Source: Psilocybe cubensis
Lineage: Eukaryota
NCBI GenBank assembly: GCA_017499595.2
Contig: CM039004.1
Location: forward strand, 1,736,001-1,800,000
DNA: 64,000 nt
Direction of reading: 5' to 3'
Of the stretch, positions 63,560 to 64,000 are shown one piece after another; within the stretch, counting starts at the first letter, position 1; every line of letters starts with the position of its first letter. A program made the position numbers and the translations under genes. The notes under the pieces are model-generated. The model was not told where the DNA came from. It saw only the letters and a list, made by a program, of their open reading frames with translations, and ran no database searches.

Positions 63560-64000
63560 TTAGGCCCAACGACCCAGTAGTGCCATGAGTGCACATCCGA
63601 GGCACATAGAGCCTACTGCATAAGCCAATTTTCCGTTCGATGCAGACATCATTTCCTTATTAAAGAGGAATTCATGTGCAAAGAGCTAGGGAGAGAGAAA
63701 CAGGGTCAGGAAATACTATGGCACAAGAACACATATAACATATACCTCCACGAGCCCGGTGTACGTCAGAACCCCTGCACTTAATGAATCCAATACACCA
63801 CTGACAATCGAGGCAGTTGTGCTACCGGGATTATATGTTTGTCTGACGCCAAGCCCAATAGCGATCCCGAGAGGAGTGGTGAGGCCATATAAAATGGCTC
63901 CTGCAATGGGTGCCCAGCGGAATCGTTCAGGGAGATCAAGATACGCAAGTCGTGAACCAATTCCCAATCCTTCAAATGTTTCTATATAAAGGTATCAGCG
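63560..64000 (-). CDS. ZIP family zinc/iron permease, 3' part only
   Basis: ETFEGLGIGSRL; TTPLGIAIGLG; DSLSAGVLTYTGLVE|LFAHEFLF; LMALLGRWA*. Confidence 0.9.

Overview
Gene-dense, intron-rich fungal genomic DNA with ~50-60 nt GT-AG introns; gene content points to an Agaricomycete (mushroom-type basidiomycete). About 30 host genes are recognisable: BRAP2/ETP1, SWAP-like splicing factor, two tandem Ste50/Ubc2 adaptors, two DnaJ genes, IPI3, AA9 LPMO, TMEM14, PQ-loop, KEI1, eIF4E class II, MsrB, tropomyosin plus a divergent ultra-short paralog, DUF2408, CLC, MED4, DSP, DHHC, GH45, complex I NUXM, RanBP2-zinc-finger nucleoporin, CDK7, OHCU decarboxylase, GFO oxidoreductase, Erv1 and a partial ZIP transporter. 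The main feature is a ~11.2 kb cargo-carrying DNA transposon (48860-60061) with CAC...GTG ends, a TA duplication and subterminal repeats. It sits in what reconstructs as a ~190 bp divergent promoter. It encodes a CACTA/CMC-like transposase, a convergent TET/JBP 2OG-Fe(II) DNA dioxygenase containing a very CpG-dense coding minisatellite, and two decayed accessory genes. CpG-transition footprints are visible across the element. All exon boundaries were read by eye, and family assignments come from motif recognition rather than database searches.
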